Assembly (NCBI GenBank): GCA_964057225.1
Contig: OZ059897.1
Coordinates: 19,964,001 to 20,028,000, forward strand
Reading direction: 5' to 3'
Source: Auanema rhodensis
Lineage: Eukaryota; Animalia; Nematoda
DNA length: 64,000 bases
A program made the position numbers and the translations under genes. Shown in pieces: positions 10,701 through 24,400 of this stretch. Numbering within the stretch: the stretch's first letter is position 1; each line of letters starts with the position of its first letter. The notes beneath the pieces are model-generated. The model did no database searches and was not told where the DNA came from. It saw only the letters and a program-made list of their open reading frames with translations.

Positions 10701-13700
10701 GAACTTATATCAGTTGATATCTCGGTACATTTTTAAGCTAGCGCAAATCTGATAACACAGATCGACGCAGCTTAAAAATCCGCATCGAATGCACTATACT
10801 ACATTGAGAAACGCTTAATACAAAAATTAGTTATGATCGTTTGAAAAATGATGCATTAGTGTATGTTGAGTTTCCATGTACACTCAACATTGCTTCCAAA
10901 AACATTTTGACAAAAATTTTTTCGAAAAATTTCAAAATAATTTAGCAAAAAGTAGATGTTTTTAGATTCCTTTTTTCAAGGCAAAGACGATGGACAATGT
11001 TATTCAACGAAAAAATTAATTCTTCAGGGTGAAAATCGAGGATATAAGTGTAAACTTATATCAGTTGATATCTCGGTGCATTTTTAAGCTAGCGCAAATC
11101 TGATAACACAGATCGACGCAGCTTAAAAATCCGCATCGAATGCACTATACTACATGGAAGAACGCTTAATACAAAAATTAGTTATGATCGTTTGAAAAAT
11201 GATGCATTAGTGTATGTTGAGTTTCCATGTACACTCAACATTGCTTCCAAAAACATTTTGACAAAAATTTTTTCGAAAAATTTCAAAATAATTTAGCAAA
11301 AAGTAGATGTTTTTAGATTCCTTTTTTCAAGGCAAAGACGATGGACAATGTTATTTAACGAAAAAATTAATTCTTCAGGGTGAAAATCGAGGATATAAGT
11401 GTAAACTTATATCAGTTGATATCTCGGTGCATTTTTAAGCTAGCGCAAATCTGATAACACAGATCGACGCAGCTTAAAAATCCGCATCGAATGCACTATA
11501 CTACATGGAAGAACGCTTAATACAAAAATTAGTTATGATCGTTTGAAAAATGATGCATTAGTGTATGTTGAGTTTCCATGTACACTCAACATTGCTTCCA
11601 AAAACATTTTGACAAAAATTTTTTCGAAAAATTTCAAAATAATTTAGCAAAAAGTAGATGTTTTTAGATTCCTTTTTTCAAGGCAAAGACGATGGACAAT
11701 GTTATTTAACGAAAAAATTAATTCTTCAGGGTGAAAATCGAGGATATAAGTGTAAACTTATATCAGTTGATATCTCGGTGCATTTTTAAGCTAGCGCAAA
11801 TCTGATAACACAGATCGACGCAGCTTAAAAATCCGCATCGAATGCACTGTACTACATGGAAGAACGCTTAATACAAAAATTAGTTATGATCGTTTGAAAA
11901 ATGATGCATTAGTGTATGTTGAGTTTCCATGTACACTCAACATTGCTTCCAAAAACATTTTGAGAAAAATTTTTTCGAAAAATTTCAAAATAATTTAGCA
12001 AAAAGTAGATGTTTTTAGATTCCTTTTTTCAAGGCAAAGACGATGGACAATGTTATTCAACGAAAAAATTAATTCTTCAGGGTGAAAATCGAGGATATAA
12101 GTGTGAACTTATATCAGTTGATATCTCGGTACATTTTTAAGCTAGCGCAAATCTGATAACACAGATCGACGCAGCTTAAAAATCCGCATCGAATGCACTA
12201 TACTACATTGAGAAACGCTTAATACAAAAATTAGTTATGATCGTTTGAAAAATGATGCATTAGTGTATGTTGAGTTTCCATGTACACTCAACATTGCTTC
12301 CAAAAACATTTTGACAAAAATTTTTTCGAAAAATTTCAAAATAATTTAGCAAAAAGTAGATGTTTTTAGATTTCTTTTTTCAAGGCAAAGACGATGGACA
12401 ATGTTATTCAACGAAAAAATTAATTCTTCAGGGTGAAAATCGAGGATATAAGTGTAAACTTATATCAGTTGATATCTCGGTGCATTTTTAAGCTAGCGCA
12501 AATCTGATAACACAGATCGACGCAGCTTAAAAATCCGCATCGAATGCACTATACTACATGGAAGAACGCTTAATACAAAAATTAGTTATGATCGTTTGAA
12601 AAATGATGCATTAGTGTATGTTGAGTTTCCATGTACACTCAACATTGCTTCCAAAAACATTTTGACAAAAATTTTTTCGAAAAATTTCAAAATAATTTAG
12701 CAAAAAGTAGATGTTTTTAGATTCCTTTTTTCAAGGCAAAGACGATGGACAATGTTATTTAACGAAAAAATTAATTCTTCAGGGTGAAAATCGAGGATAT
12801 AAGTGTAAACTTATATCAGTTGATATCTCGGTGCATTTTTAAGCTAGCGCAAATCTGATAACACAGATCGACGCAGCTTAAAAATCCGCATCGAATGCAC
12901 TATACTACATGGAAGAACGCTTAATACAAAAATTAGTTATGATCGTTTGAAAAATGATGCATTAGTGTATGTTGAGTTTCCATGTACACTCAACATTGCT
13001 TCCAAAAACATTTTGACAAAAATTTTTTCGAAAAATTTCAAAATAATTTAGCAAAAAGTAGATGTTTTTAGATTCCTTTTTTCAAGGCAAAGACGATGGA
13101 CAATGTTATTCAACGAAAAAATTAATTCTTCAGGGTGAAAATCGAGGATATAAGTGTAAACTTATATCAGTTGATATCTCGGTGCATTTTTAAGCTAGCG
13201 CAAATCTGATAACACAGATCGACGCAGCTTAAAAATCCGCATCGAATGCACTATACTACATGGAAGAACGCTTAATACAAAAATTAGTTATGATCGTTTG
13301 AAAAATGATGCATTAGTGTATGTTGAGTTTCCATGTACACTCAACATTGCTTCCAAAAACATTTTGACAAAAATTTTTTCGAAAAATTTCAAAATAATTT
13401 AGCAAAAAGTAGATGTTTTTAGATTCCTTTTTTCAAGGCAAAGACGATGGACAATGTTATTTAACGAAAAAATTAATTCTTCAGGGTGAAAATCGAGGAT
13501 ATAAGTGTAAACTTATATCAGTTGATATCTCGGTGCATTTTTAAGCTAGCGCAAATCTGATAACACAGATCGACGCAGCTTAAAAATCCGCATCGAATGC
13601 ACTATACTACATTGAGAAACGCTCAATACAAAAATTAGTTATGATCGTTTGAAAAATGATGCATTAGTGTATGTTGAGTTTCCATGTACACTCAACATTG

Positions 13701-14391
13701 CTTCCAAAAACATTTTGACAAAAATTTTTTCGAAAAATTTCAAAATAATTTAGCAAAAAGTAGATGTTTTTAGATTCCTTTTTTCAAGGCAAAGACGATG
13801 GACAATGTTATTCAACGAAAAAATTAATTCTTCAGGGTGAAAATCGAGGATATAAGTGTAAACTTATATCAGTTGATATCTCGGTGCATTTTTAAGCTAG
13901 CGCAAATCTGATAACACAGATCGACGCAGCTTAAAAATCCGCATCGAATGCACTATACTACATGGAAGAACGCTTAATACAAAAATTAGTTATGATCGTT
14001 TGAAAAATGATGCATTAGTGTATGTTGAGTTTCCATGTACACTCAACATTGCTTCCAAAAACATTTTGACAAAAATTTTTTCGAAAAATTTCAAAATAAT
14101 TTAGCAAAAAGTAGATGTTTTTAGATTCCTTTTTTCAAGGCAAAGACGATGGACAATGTTATTTAACGAAAAAATTAATTCTTCAGGGTGAAAATCGAGG
14201 ATATAAGTGTAAACTTATATCAGTTGATATCTCGGTGCATTTTTAAGCTAGCGCAAATCTGATAACACAGATCGACGCAGCTTAAAAATCCGCATCGAAT
14301 GCACTATACTACATGGAAGAACGCTTAATACAAAAATTAGTTATGATCGTTTGAAAAATGATGCATTAGTGTATGTTGAGTTTCCATGTAC
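1756..14391 (+). repeat. Higher-order duplication: 16-mer (1756-7371) followed by a 20-mer copy (7372-14391) that contains an internal 4-mer duplication
   Basis: SNP order of M6-M15 matches M22-M31, and M12-M21 matches M32-M41. Rare markers C88T (5353/12373) and GCTCAAT (6604/13624) are 7020 bp apart. Confidence 0.85.
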
Positions 14392-17300
14392 ACTCAACAT
14401 TGCTTCCAAAAACATTTTGACAAAAATTTTTTCGAAAAATTTCAAAATAATTTAGCAAAAAGTAGATGTTTTTAGATTCCTTTTTTCAAGGCAAAGACGA
14501 TGGACAATGTTATTCAACGAAAAAATTAATTCTTCAGGGTGAAAATCGAGGATATAAGTGTAAACTTATATCAGTTGATATCTCGGTGCATTTTTAAGCT
14601 AGCGCAAATCTGATAACACAGATCGACGCAGCTTAAAAATCCGCATCGAATGCACTATACTACATTGAGAAACGCTTAATACAAAAATTAGTTATGATCG
14701 TTTGAAAAATGATGCATTAGTGTATGTTGAGTTTCCATGTACACTCAACATTGCTTCCAAAAACATTTTGACAAAAATTTTTTCGAAAAATTTCAAAATA
14801 ATTTAGCAAAAAGTAGATGTTTTTAGATTCCTTTTTTTAAGGCAAAGACGATGGACAATGTTATTCAACGAAAAAATTAATTCTTCAGGGTGAAAATCGA
14901 GGATATAAGTGTGAACTTATATCAGTTGATATCTCGGTGCATTTTTAAGCTAGCGCAAATCTGATAACACAGATCGACGCAGCTTAAAAATCCGCATCGA
15001 ATGCACTATACTACATTGAGAAACGCTTAATACAAAAATTAGTTATGATCGTTTGAAAAATGATGCATTAGTGTATGTTGAGTTTCCATGTACACTCAAC
15101 ATTGCTTCCAAAAACATTTTGACAAAAATTTTTTCGAAAAATTTCAAAATAATTTAGCAAAAAGTAGATGTTTTTAGATTCCTTTTTTCAAGGCAAAGAC
15201 GATGGACAATGTTATTTAACGAAAAAATTAATTCTTCAGGGTGAAAATCGAGGATATAAGTGTAAACTTATATCAGTTGATATCTCGGTGCATTTTTAAG
15301 CTAGCGCAAATCTGATAACACAGATCGACGCAGCTTAAAAATCCGCATCGAATGCACTATACTACATTGAGAAACGCTTAATACAAAAATTAGTTATGAT
15401 CGTTTGAAAAATGATGCATTAGTGTATGTTGAGTTTCCATGTACACTCAACATTGCTTCCAAAAACATTTTGACAAAAATTTTTTCGAAAAATTTCAAAA
15501 TAATTTAGCAAAAAGTAGATGTTTTTAGATTCCTTTTTTCAAGGCAAAGACGATGGACAATGTTATTCAACGAAAAAATTAATTCTTCAGGGTGAAAATC
15601 GAGGATATAAGTGTAAACTTATATCAGTTGATATCTCGGTGCATTTTTAAGCTAGCGCAAATCTGATAACACAGATCGACGCAGCTTAAAAATCCGCATC
15701 GAATGCACTATACTACATTGAGAAACGCTTAATACAAAAATTAGTTATGATCGTTTGAAAAATGATGCATTAGTGTATGTTGAGTTTCCATGTACACTCA
15801 ACATTGCTTCCAAAAACATTTTGACAAAAATTTTTTCGAAAAATTTCAAAATAATTTAGCAAAAAGTAGATGTTTTTAGATTCCTTTTTTTAAGGCAAAG
15901 ACGATGGACAATGTTATTCAACGAAAAAATTAATTCTTCAGGGTGAAAATCGAGGATATAAGTGTGAACTTATATCAGTTGATATCTCGGTGCATTTTTA
16001 AGCTAGCGCAAATCTGATAACACAGATCGACGCAGCTTAAAAATCCGCATCGAATGCACTATACTACATTGAGAAACGCTTAATACAAAAATTAGTTATG
16101 ATCGTTTGAAAAATGATGCATTAGTGTATGTTGAGTTTCCATGTACACTCAACATTGCTTCCAAAAACATTTTGACAAAAATTTTTTCGAAAAATTTCAA
16201 AATAATTTAGCAAAAAGTAGATGTTTTTAGATTCCTTTTTTCAAGGCAAAGACGATGGACAATGTTATTTAACGAAAAAATTAATTCTTCAGGGTGAAAA
16301 TCGAGGATATAAGTGTAAACTTATATCAGTTGATATCTCGGTGCATTTTTAAGCTAGCGCAAATCTGATAACACAGATCGACGCAGCTTAAAAATCCGCA
16401 TCGAATGCACTATACTACATTGAGAAACGCTTAATACAAAAATTAGTTATGATCGTTTGAAAAATGATGCATTAGTGTATGTTGAGTTTCCATGTACACT
16501 CAACATTGCTTCCAAAAACATTTTGACAAAAATTTTTTCGAAAAATTTCAAAATAATTTAGCCAAAAGTAGATGTTTTTAGATTCCTTTTTTCAAGGCAA
16601 AGACGATGGACAATGTTATTCAACGAAAAAATTAATTCTTCAGGGTGAAAATCGAGGATATAAGTGTAAACTTATATCAGTTGATATCTCGGTGCATTTT
16701 TAAGCTAGCGCAAATCTGATAACACAGATCGACGCAGCTTAAAAATCCGCATCGAATGCACTATACTACATTGAGAAACGCTTAATACAAAAATTAGTTA
16801 TGATCGTTTGAAAAATGATGCATTAGTGTATGTTGAGTTTCCATGTACACTCAACATTGCTTCCAAAAACATTTTGACAAAAATTTTTTCGAAAAATTTC
16901 AAAATAATTTAGCAAAAAGTAGATGTTTTTAGATTCCTTTTTTCAAGGCAAAGACGATGGACAATGTTATTTAACGAAAAAATTAATTCTTCAGGGTGAA
17001 AATCGAGGATATAAGTGTAAACTTATATCAGTTGATATCTCGGTGCATTTTTAAGCTAGCGCAAATCTGATAACACAGATCGACGCAGCTTAAAAATCCG
17101 CATCGAATGCACTATACTACATGGAAGAACGCTTAATACAAAAATTAGTTATGATCGTTTGAAAAATGATGCATTAGTGTATGTTGAGTTTCCATGTACA
17201 CTCAACATTGCTTCCAAAAACATTTTGACAAAAATTTTTTCGAAAAATTTCAAAATAATTTAGCAAAAAGTAGATGTTTTTAGATTCCTTTTTTCAAGGC

Positions 17301-20300
17301 AAAGACGATGGACAATGTTATTCAACGAAAAAATTAATTCTTCAGGGTGAAAATCGAGGATATAAGTGTAAACTTATATCAGTTGATATCTCGGTGCATT
17401 TTTAAGCTAGCGCAAATCTGATAACACAGATCGACGCAGCTTAAAAATCCGCATCGAATGCACTATACTACATGGAAGAACGCTTAATACAAAAATTAGT
17501 TATGATCGTTTGAAAAATGATGCATTAGTGTATGTTGAGTTTCCATGTACACTCAACATTGCTTCCAAAAACATTTTGACAAAAATTTTTTCGAAAAATT
17601 TCAAAATAATTTAGCAAAAAATAGATGTTTTTAGATTTCTTTTTTCAAGGCAAAGACGATGGACAATGTTATTCAACGAAAAAATTAATTCTTCAGGGTG
17701 AAAATCGAGGATATAAGTGTAAACTTATATCAGTTGATATCTCGGTGCATTTTTAAGCTAGCGCAAATCTGATAACACAGATCGACGCAGCTTAAAAATC
17801 CGCATCGAATGCACTATACTACATTGGGAAACGCTTAATACAAAAATTAGTTATGATTGTTTGAAAAATGATGCATTAGTGTATGTTGAGTTTCCATGTA
17901 CACTCAACATTGCTTCCAAAAACATTTTGACAAAAATTTTTTCGAAAAATTTCAAAATAATTTAGCAAAAAGTAGATGTTTTTAGATTCCTTTTTTCAAG
18001 GCAAAGACGATGGACAATGTTATTCAACGAAAAAATTAATTCTTCAGGGTGAAAATCGAGGATATAAGTGTGAACTTATATCAGTTGATATCTCGGTACA
18101 TTTTTAAGCTAGCGCAAATCTGATAACACAGATCGACGCAGCTTAAAAATCCGCATCGAATGCACTATACTACATGGAAGAACGCTTAATACAAAAATTA
18201 GTTATGATCGTTTGAAAAATGATGCATTAGTGTATGTTGAGTTTCCATGTACACTCAACATTGCTTCCAAAAACATTTTGACAAAAATTTTTTCGAAAAA
18301 TTTCAAAATAATTTAGCAAAAAGTAGATGTTTTTAGATTCCTTTTTTCAAGGCAAAGACGATGGACAATGTTATTCAACGAAAAAATTAATTCTTCAGGG
18401 TGAAAATCGAGGATATAAGTGTAAACTTATATCAGTTGATATCTCGGTGCATTTTTAAGCTAGCGCAAATCTGATAACACAGATCGACGCAGCTTAAAAA
18501 TCCGCATCGAATGCACTATACTACATTGGGAAACGCTTAATACAAAAATTAGTTATGATCGTTTGAAAAATGATGCATTAGTGTATGTTGAGTTTCCATG
18601 TACACTCAACATTGCTTCCAAAAACATTTTGACAAAAATTTTTTCGAAAAATTTCAAAATAATTTAGCAAAAAGTAGATGTTTTTAGATTCCTTTTTTCA
18701 AGGCAAAGACGATGGACAATGTTATTTAACGAAAAAATTAATTCTTCAGGGTGAAAATCGAGGATATAAGTGTAAACTTATATCAGTTGATATCTCGGTG
18801 CATTTTTAAGCTAGCGCAAATCTGATAACACAGATCGACGCAGCTTAAAAATCCGCATCGAATGCACTGTACTACATGGAAGAACGCTTAATACAAAAAT
18901 TAGTTATGATCGTTTGAAAAATGATGCATTAGTGTATGTTGAGTTTCCATGTACACTCAACATTGCTTCCAAAAACATTTTGAGAAAAATTTTTTCGAAA
19001 AATTTCAAAATAATTTAGCAAAAAGTAGATGTTTTTAGATTCCTTTTTTCAAGGCAAAGACGATGGACAATGTTATTCAACGAAAAAATTAATTCTTCAG
19101 GGTGAAAATCGAGGATATAAGTGTGAACTTATATCAGTTGATATCTCGGTACATTTTTAAGCTAGCGCAAATCTGATAACACAGATCGACGCAGCTTAAA
19201 AATCCGCATCGAATGCACTATACTACATGGAAGAACGCTTAATACAAAAATTAGTTATGATCGTTTGAAAAATGATGCATTAGTGTATGTTGAGTTTCCA
19301 TGTACACTCAACATTGCTTCCAAAAACATTTTGACAAAAATTTTTTCGAAAAATTTCAAAATAATTTAGCAAAAAGTAGATGTTTTTAGATTCCTTTTTT
19401 CAAGGCAAAGACGATGGACAATGTTATTCAACGAAAAAATTAATTCTTCAGGGTGAAAATCGAGGATATAAGTGTAAACTTATATCAGTTGATATCTCGG
19501 TGCATTTTTAAGCTAGCGCAAATCTGATAACACAGCTCGACGCAGCTTAAAAATCCGCATCGAATGCACTATACTACATTGAGAAACGCTTAATACAAAA
19601 ATTAGTTATGATCGTTTGAAAAATGATGCATTAGTGTATGTTGAGTTTCCATGTACACTCAACATTGCTTCCAAAAACATTTTGACAAAAATTTTTTCGA
19701 AAAATTTCAAAATAATTTAGCAAAAAGTAGATGTTTTTAGATTCCTTTTTTCAAGGCAAAGACGATGGACAATGTTATTTAACGAAAAAATTAATTCTTC
19801 AGGGTGAAAATCGAGGATATAAGTGTAAACTTATATCAGTTGATATCTCGGTGCATTTTTAAGCTAGCGCAAATCTGATAACACAGATCGACGCAGCTTA
19901 AAAATCCGCATCGAATGCACTGTACTACATGGAAGAACGCTTAATACAAAAATTAGTTATGATCGTTTGAAAAATGATGCATTAGTGTATGTTGAGTTTC
20001 CATGTACACTCAACATTGCTTCCAAAAACATTTTGAGAAAAATTTTTTCGAAAAATTTCAAAATAATTTAGCAAAAAGTAGATGTTTTTAGATTCCTTTT
20101 TTCAAGGCAAAGACGATGGACAATGTTATTCAACGAAAAAATTAATTCTTCAGGGTGAAAATCGAGGATATAAGTGTGAACTTATATCAGTTGATATCTC
20201 GGTACATTTTTAAGCTAGCGCAAATCTGATAACACAGATCGACGCAGCTTAAAAATCCGCATCGAATGCACTATACTACATGGAAGAACGCTTAATACAA

Positions 20301-21411
20301 AAATTAGTTATGATCGTTTGAAAAATGATGCATTAGTGTATGTTGAGTTTCCATGTACACTCAACATTGCTTCCAAAAACATTTTGACAAAAATTTTTTC
20401 GAAAAATTTCAAAATAATTTAGCAAAAAGTAGATGTTTTTAGATTCCTTTTTTCAAGGCAAAGACGATGGACAATGTTATTCAACGAAAAAATTAATTCT
20501 TCAGGGTGAAAATCGAGGATATAAGTGTAAACTTATATCAGTTGATATCTCGGTGCATTTTTAAGCTAGCGCAAATCTGATAACACAGCTCGACGCAGCT
20601 TAAAAATCCGCATCGAATGCACTATACTACATTGAGAAACGCTTAATACAAAAATTAGTTATGATCGTTTGAAAAATGATGCATTAGTGTATGTTGAGTT
20701 TCCATGTACACTCAACATTGCTTCCAAAAACATTTTGACAAAAATTTTTTCGAAAAATTTCAAAATAATTTAGCAAAAAGTAGATGTTTTTAGATTTCTT
20801 TTTTCAAGGCAAAGACGATGGACAATGTTATTCAACGAAAAAATTATTTCTTCAGGGTGAAAATCGAGGATATAAGTGTAAACTTATATCAGTTGATATC
20901 TCGGTGCATTTTTAAGCTAGCGCAAATCTGATAACACAGATCGACGCAGCTTAAAAATCCGCATCGAATGCACTATACTACATTGAGAAACGCTTAATAC
21001 AAAAATTAGTTATGATCGTTTGAAAAATGATGCATTAGTGTATGTTGAGTTTCCATGTACACTCAACATTGCTTCCAAAAACATTTTGACAAAAATTTTT
21101 TCGAAAAATTTCAAAATAATTTAGCAAAAAGTAGATGTTTTTAGATTCCTTTTTCCAAGGCAAAGACGATGGACAATGTTATTTAACGAAAAAATTAATT
21201 CTTCAGAGTGAAAATCGAGGATATAAGTGTAAACTTATATCAGTTGATATCTCGGTGCATTTTTAAGCTAGCGCAAATCTGTTAACACAGATCGACGCAG
21301 CTTAAAAATCCGCATCGAATGCACTATACTACATTGAGAAACGCTTAATACAAAAATTAGTTATGATCGTTTCAAAAATGATGCATTAGTGTATGTTGAG
21401 TTTCCATGTAC

Positions 21412-24400
21412 ACTCAACATTGCTTCCAAAAACATTTTGACAAAAATTTTTTCGAAAAATTTCAAAATAATTTAGCAAAAAGTAGATGTTTTTAGATTCC
21501 TTTTTTCAAGGCAAAGACGATGGACAATGTTATTCAACGAAAAAATTAATTCTTCAGGGTGAAAATCGAGGATATAAGTGTGAACTTATAACAGTTGATA
21601 TCTCGGTACATTTTTAAGCTAGCGCCAATCTGATAACACAGATCGACGCAGCTTAAAAATCCGCATCGAATGCACTATACTACATTGAGAAACGCTTAAT
21701 ACAAAAATTAGTTATGATCGTTTGAAAAATGATGCATTAGTGTATGTTGAGTTTCCATGTACACTCAACATTGCTTCCAAAAACATTTTGACAAAAATTT
21801 TTTCGAAAAATTTCAAAATAATTTAGCAAAAAGTAGATGTTTTTAGATTCCTTTTTTCAAGGCAAAGACGATAGACAATGTTATTTAACGAAAAAATTAA
21901 TTCTTCAGGGTGAAAATCGAGGATATAAGTGTAAACTTATATCAGTTGATATCTCGGTGCATTTTTAAGCTAGCGCAAATCTGATAACACAGATCGACGC
22001 AGCTTAAAAATCCGCATCGAATGCACTGTACTACATGGAAGAACGCTTAATACAAAAATTAGTTATGATCGTTTGAAAAATGATGCATTAGTGTATGTTG
22101 AGTTTCCATGTACACTCAACATTGCTTCCAAAAACATTTTGAGAAAAATTTTTTCGAAAAATTTCAAAATAATTTAGCAAAAAGTAGATGTTTTTAGATT
22201 CCTTTTTTCAAGGCAAAGACGATGGACAATGTTATTCAACGAAAAAATTAATTCTTCAGGGTGAAAATCGAGGATATAAGTGTGAACTTATATCAGTTGA
22301 TATCTCGGTACATTTTTAAGCTAGCGCAAATCTGATAACACAGATCGACGCAGCTTAAAAATCCGCATCGAATGCACTATACTACATGGAAGAACGCTTA
22401 ATACAAAAATTAGTTATGATCGTTTGAAAAATGATGCATTAGTGTATGTTGAGTTTCCATGTACACTCAACATTGCTTCCAAAAACATTTTGACAAAAAT
22501 TTTTTCGAAAAATTTCAAAATAATTTAGCAAAAAGTAGATGTTTTTAGATTTCTTTTTTCAAGGCAAAGACGATGGACAATGTTATTCAACGAAAAAATT
22601 AATTCTTCAGGGTGAAAATCGAGGATATAAGTGTAAACTTATATCAGTTGATATCTCGGTGCATTTTTAAGCTAGCGCAAATCTGATAACACAGCTCGAC
22701 GCAGCTTAAAAATCCGCATCGAATGCACTATACTACATTGAGAAACGCTTAATACAAAAATTAGTTATGATCGTTTGAAAAATGATGCATTAGTGTATGT
22801 TGAGTTTCCATGTACACTCAACATTGCTTCCAAAAACATTTTGACAAAAATTTTTTCGAAAAATTTCAAAATAATTTAGCAAAAAGTAGATGTTTTTAGA
22901 TTCCTTTTTTCAAGGCAAAGACGATGGACAATGTTATTCAACGAAAAAATTAATTCTTCAGGGTGAAAATCGAGGATATAAGTGTGAACTTATAACAGTT
23001 GATATCTCGGTACATTTTTAAGCTAGCGCAAATCTGATAACACAGATCGACGCAGCTTAAAAATCCGCATCGAATGCACTATACTACATTGAGAAACGCT
23101 TAATACAAAAATTAGTTATGATCGTTTGAAAAATGATGCATTAGTGTATGTTGAGTTTCCATGTACACTCAACATTGCTTCCAAAAACATTTTGACAAAA
23201 ATTTTTTCGAAAAATTTCAAAATAATTTAGCAAAAAGTAGATGTTTTTAGATTCCTTTTTCCAAGGCAAAGACGATGGACAATGTTATTTAACGAAAAAA
23301 TTAATTCTTCAGAGTGAAAATCGAGGATATAAGTGTAAACTTATATCAGTTGATATCTCGGTGCATTTTTAAGCTAGCGCAAATCTGATAAAACAGATCG
23401 ACGCAGCTTAAAAATCCGCATCGAATGCACTATACTACATTGAGAAACGCTTAATACAAAAATTAGTTATGATCGTTTGAAAAATGATGCATTAGTGTAT
23501 GTTGAGTTTCCATGTACACTCAACATTGCTTCGAAAAACATTTTGACAAAAATTTTTTCGAAAAATTTCAAAATAATTTAGCAAAAAGTAGATGTTTTTA
23601 GATTCCTTTTTTCAAGGCAAAGACGATGGACAATGTTATTCAACGAAAAAATTATTTCTTCAGGGTGAAAATCGAGGATATAAGTGTAAACTTATATCAG
23701 TTGATATCTCGGTGCATTTTTAAGCTAGCGCAAATCTGATAACACAGATCGACGCAGCTTAAAAATCCGCATCGAATGCACTATACTACATTGAGAAACG
23801 CTTAATACAAAAATTAGTTATGATCGTTTGAAAAATGATGCATTAGTGTATGTTGAGTTTCCATGTACACTCAACATTGCTTCCAAAAACATTTTGACAA
23901 AAATTTTTTCGAAAAATTTCAAAATAATTTAGCAAAAAGTAGATGTTTTTAGATTCCTTTTTCCAAGGCAAAGACGATGGACAATGTTATTTAACGAAAA
24001 AATTAATTCTTCAGAGTGAAAATCGAGGATATAAGTGTAAACTTATATCAGTTGATATCTCGGTGCATTTTTAAGCTAGCGCAAATCTGTTAACACAGAT
24101 CGACGCAGCTTAAAAATCCGCATCGAATGCACTATACTACATTGAGAAACGCTTAATACAAAAATTAGTTATGATCGTTTGAAAAATGATGCATTAGTGT
24201 ATGTTGAGTTTCCATGTACACTCAACATTGCTTCCAAAAACATTTTGACAAAAATTTTTTCGAAAAATTTCAAAATAATTTAGCAAAAAGTAGATGTTTT
24301 TAGATTCCTTTTTTCAAGGCAAAGACGATGGACAATGTTATTTAACGAAAAAATTAATTCTTCAGGGTGAAAATCGAGGATATAAGTGTAAACTTATATC

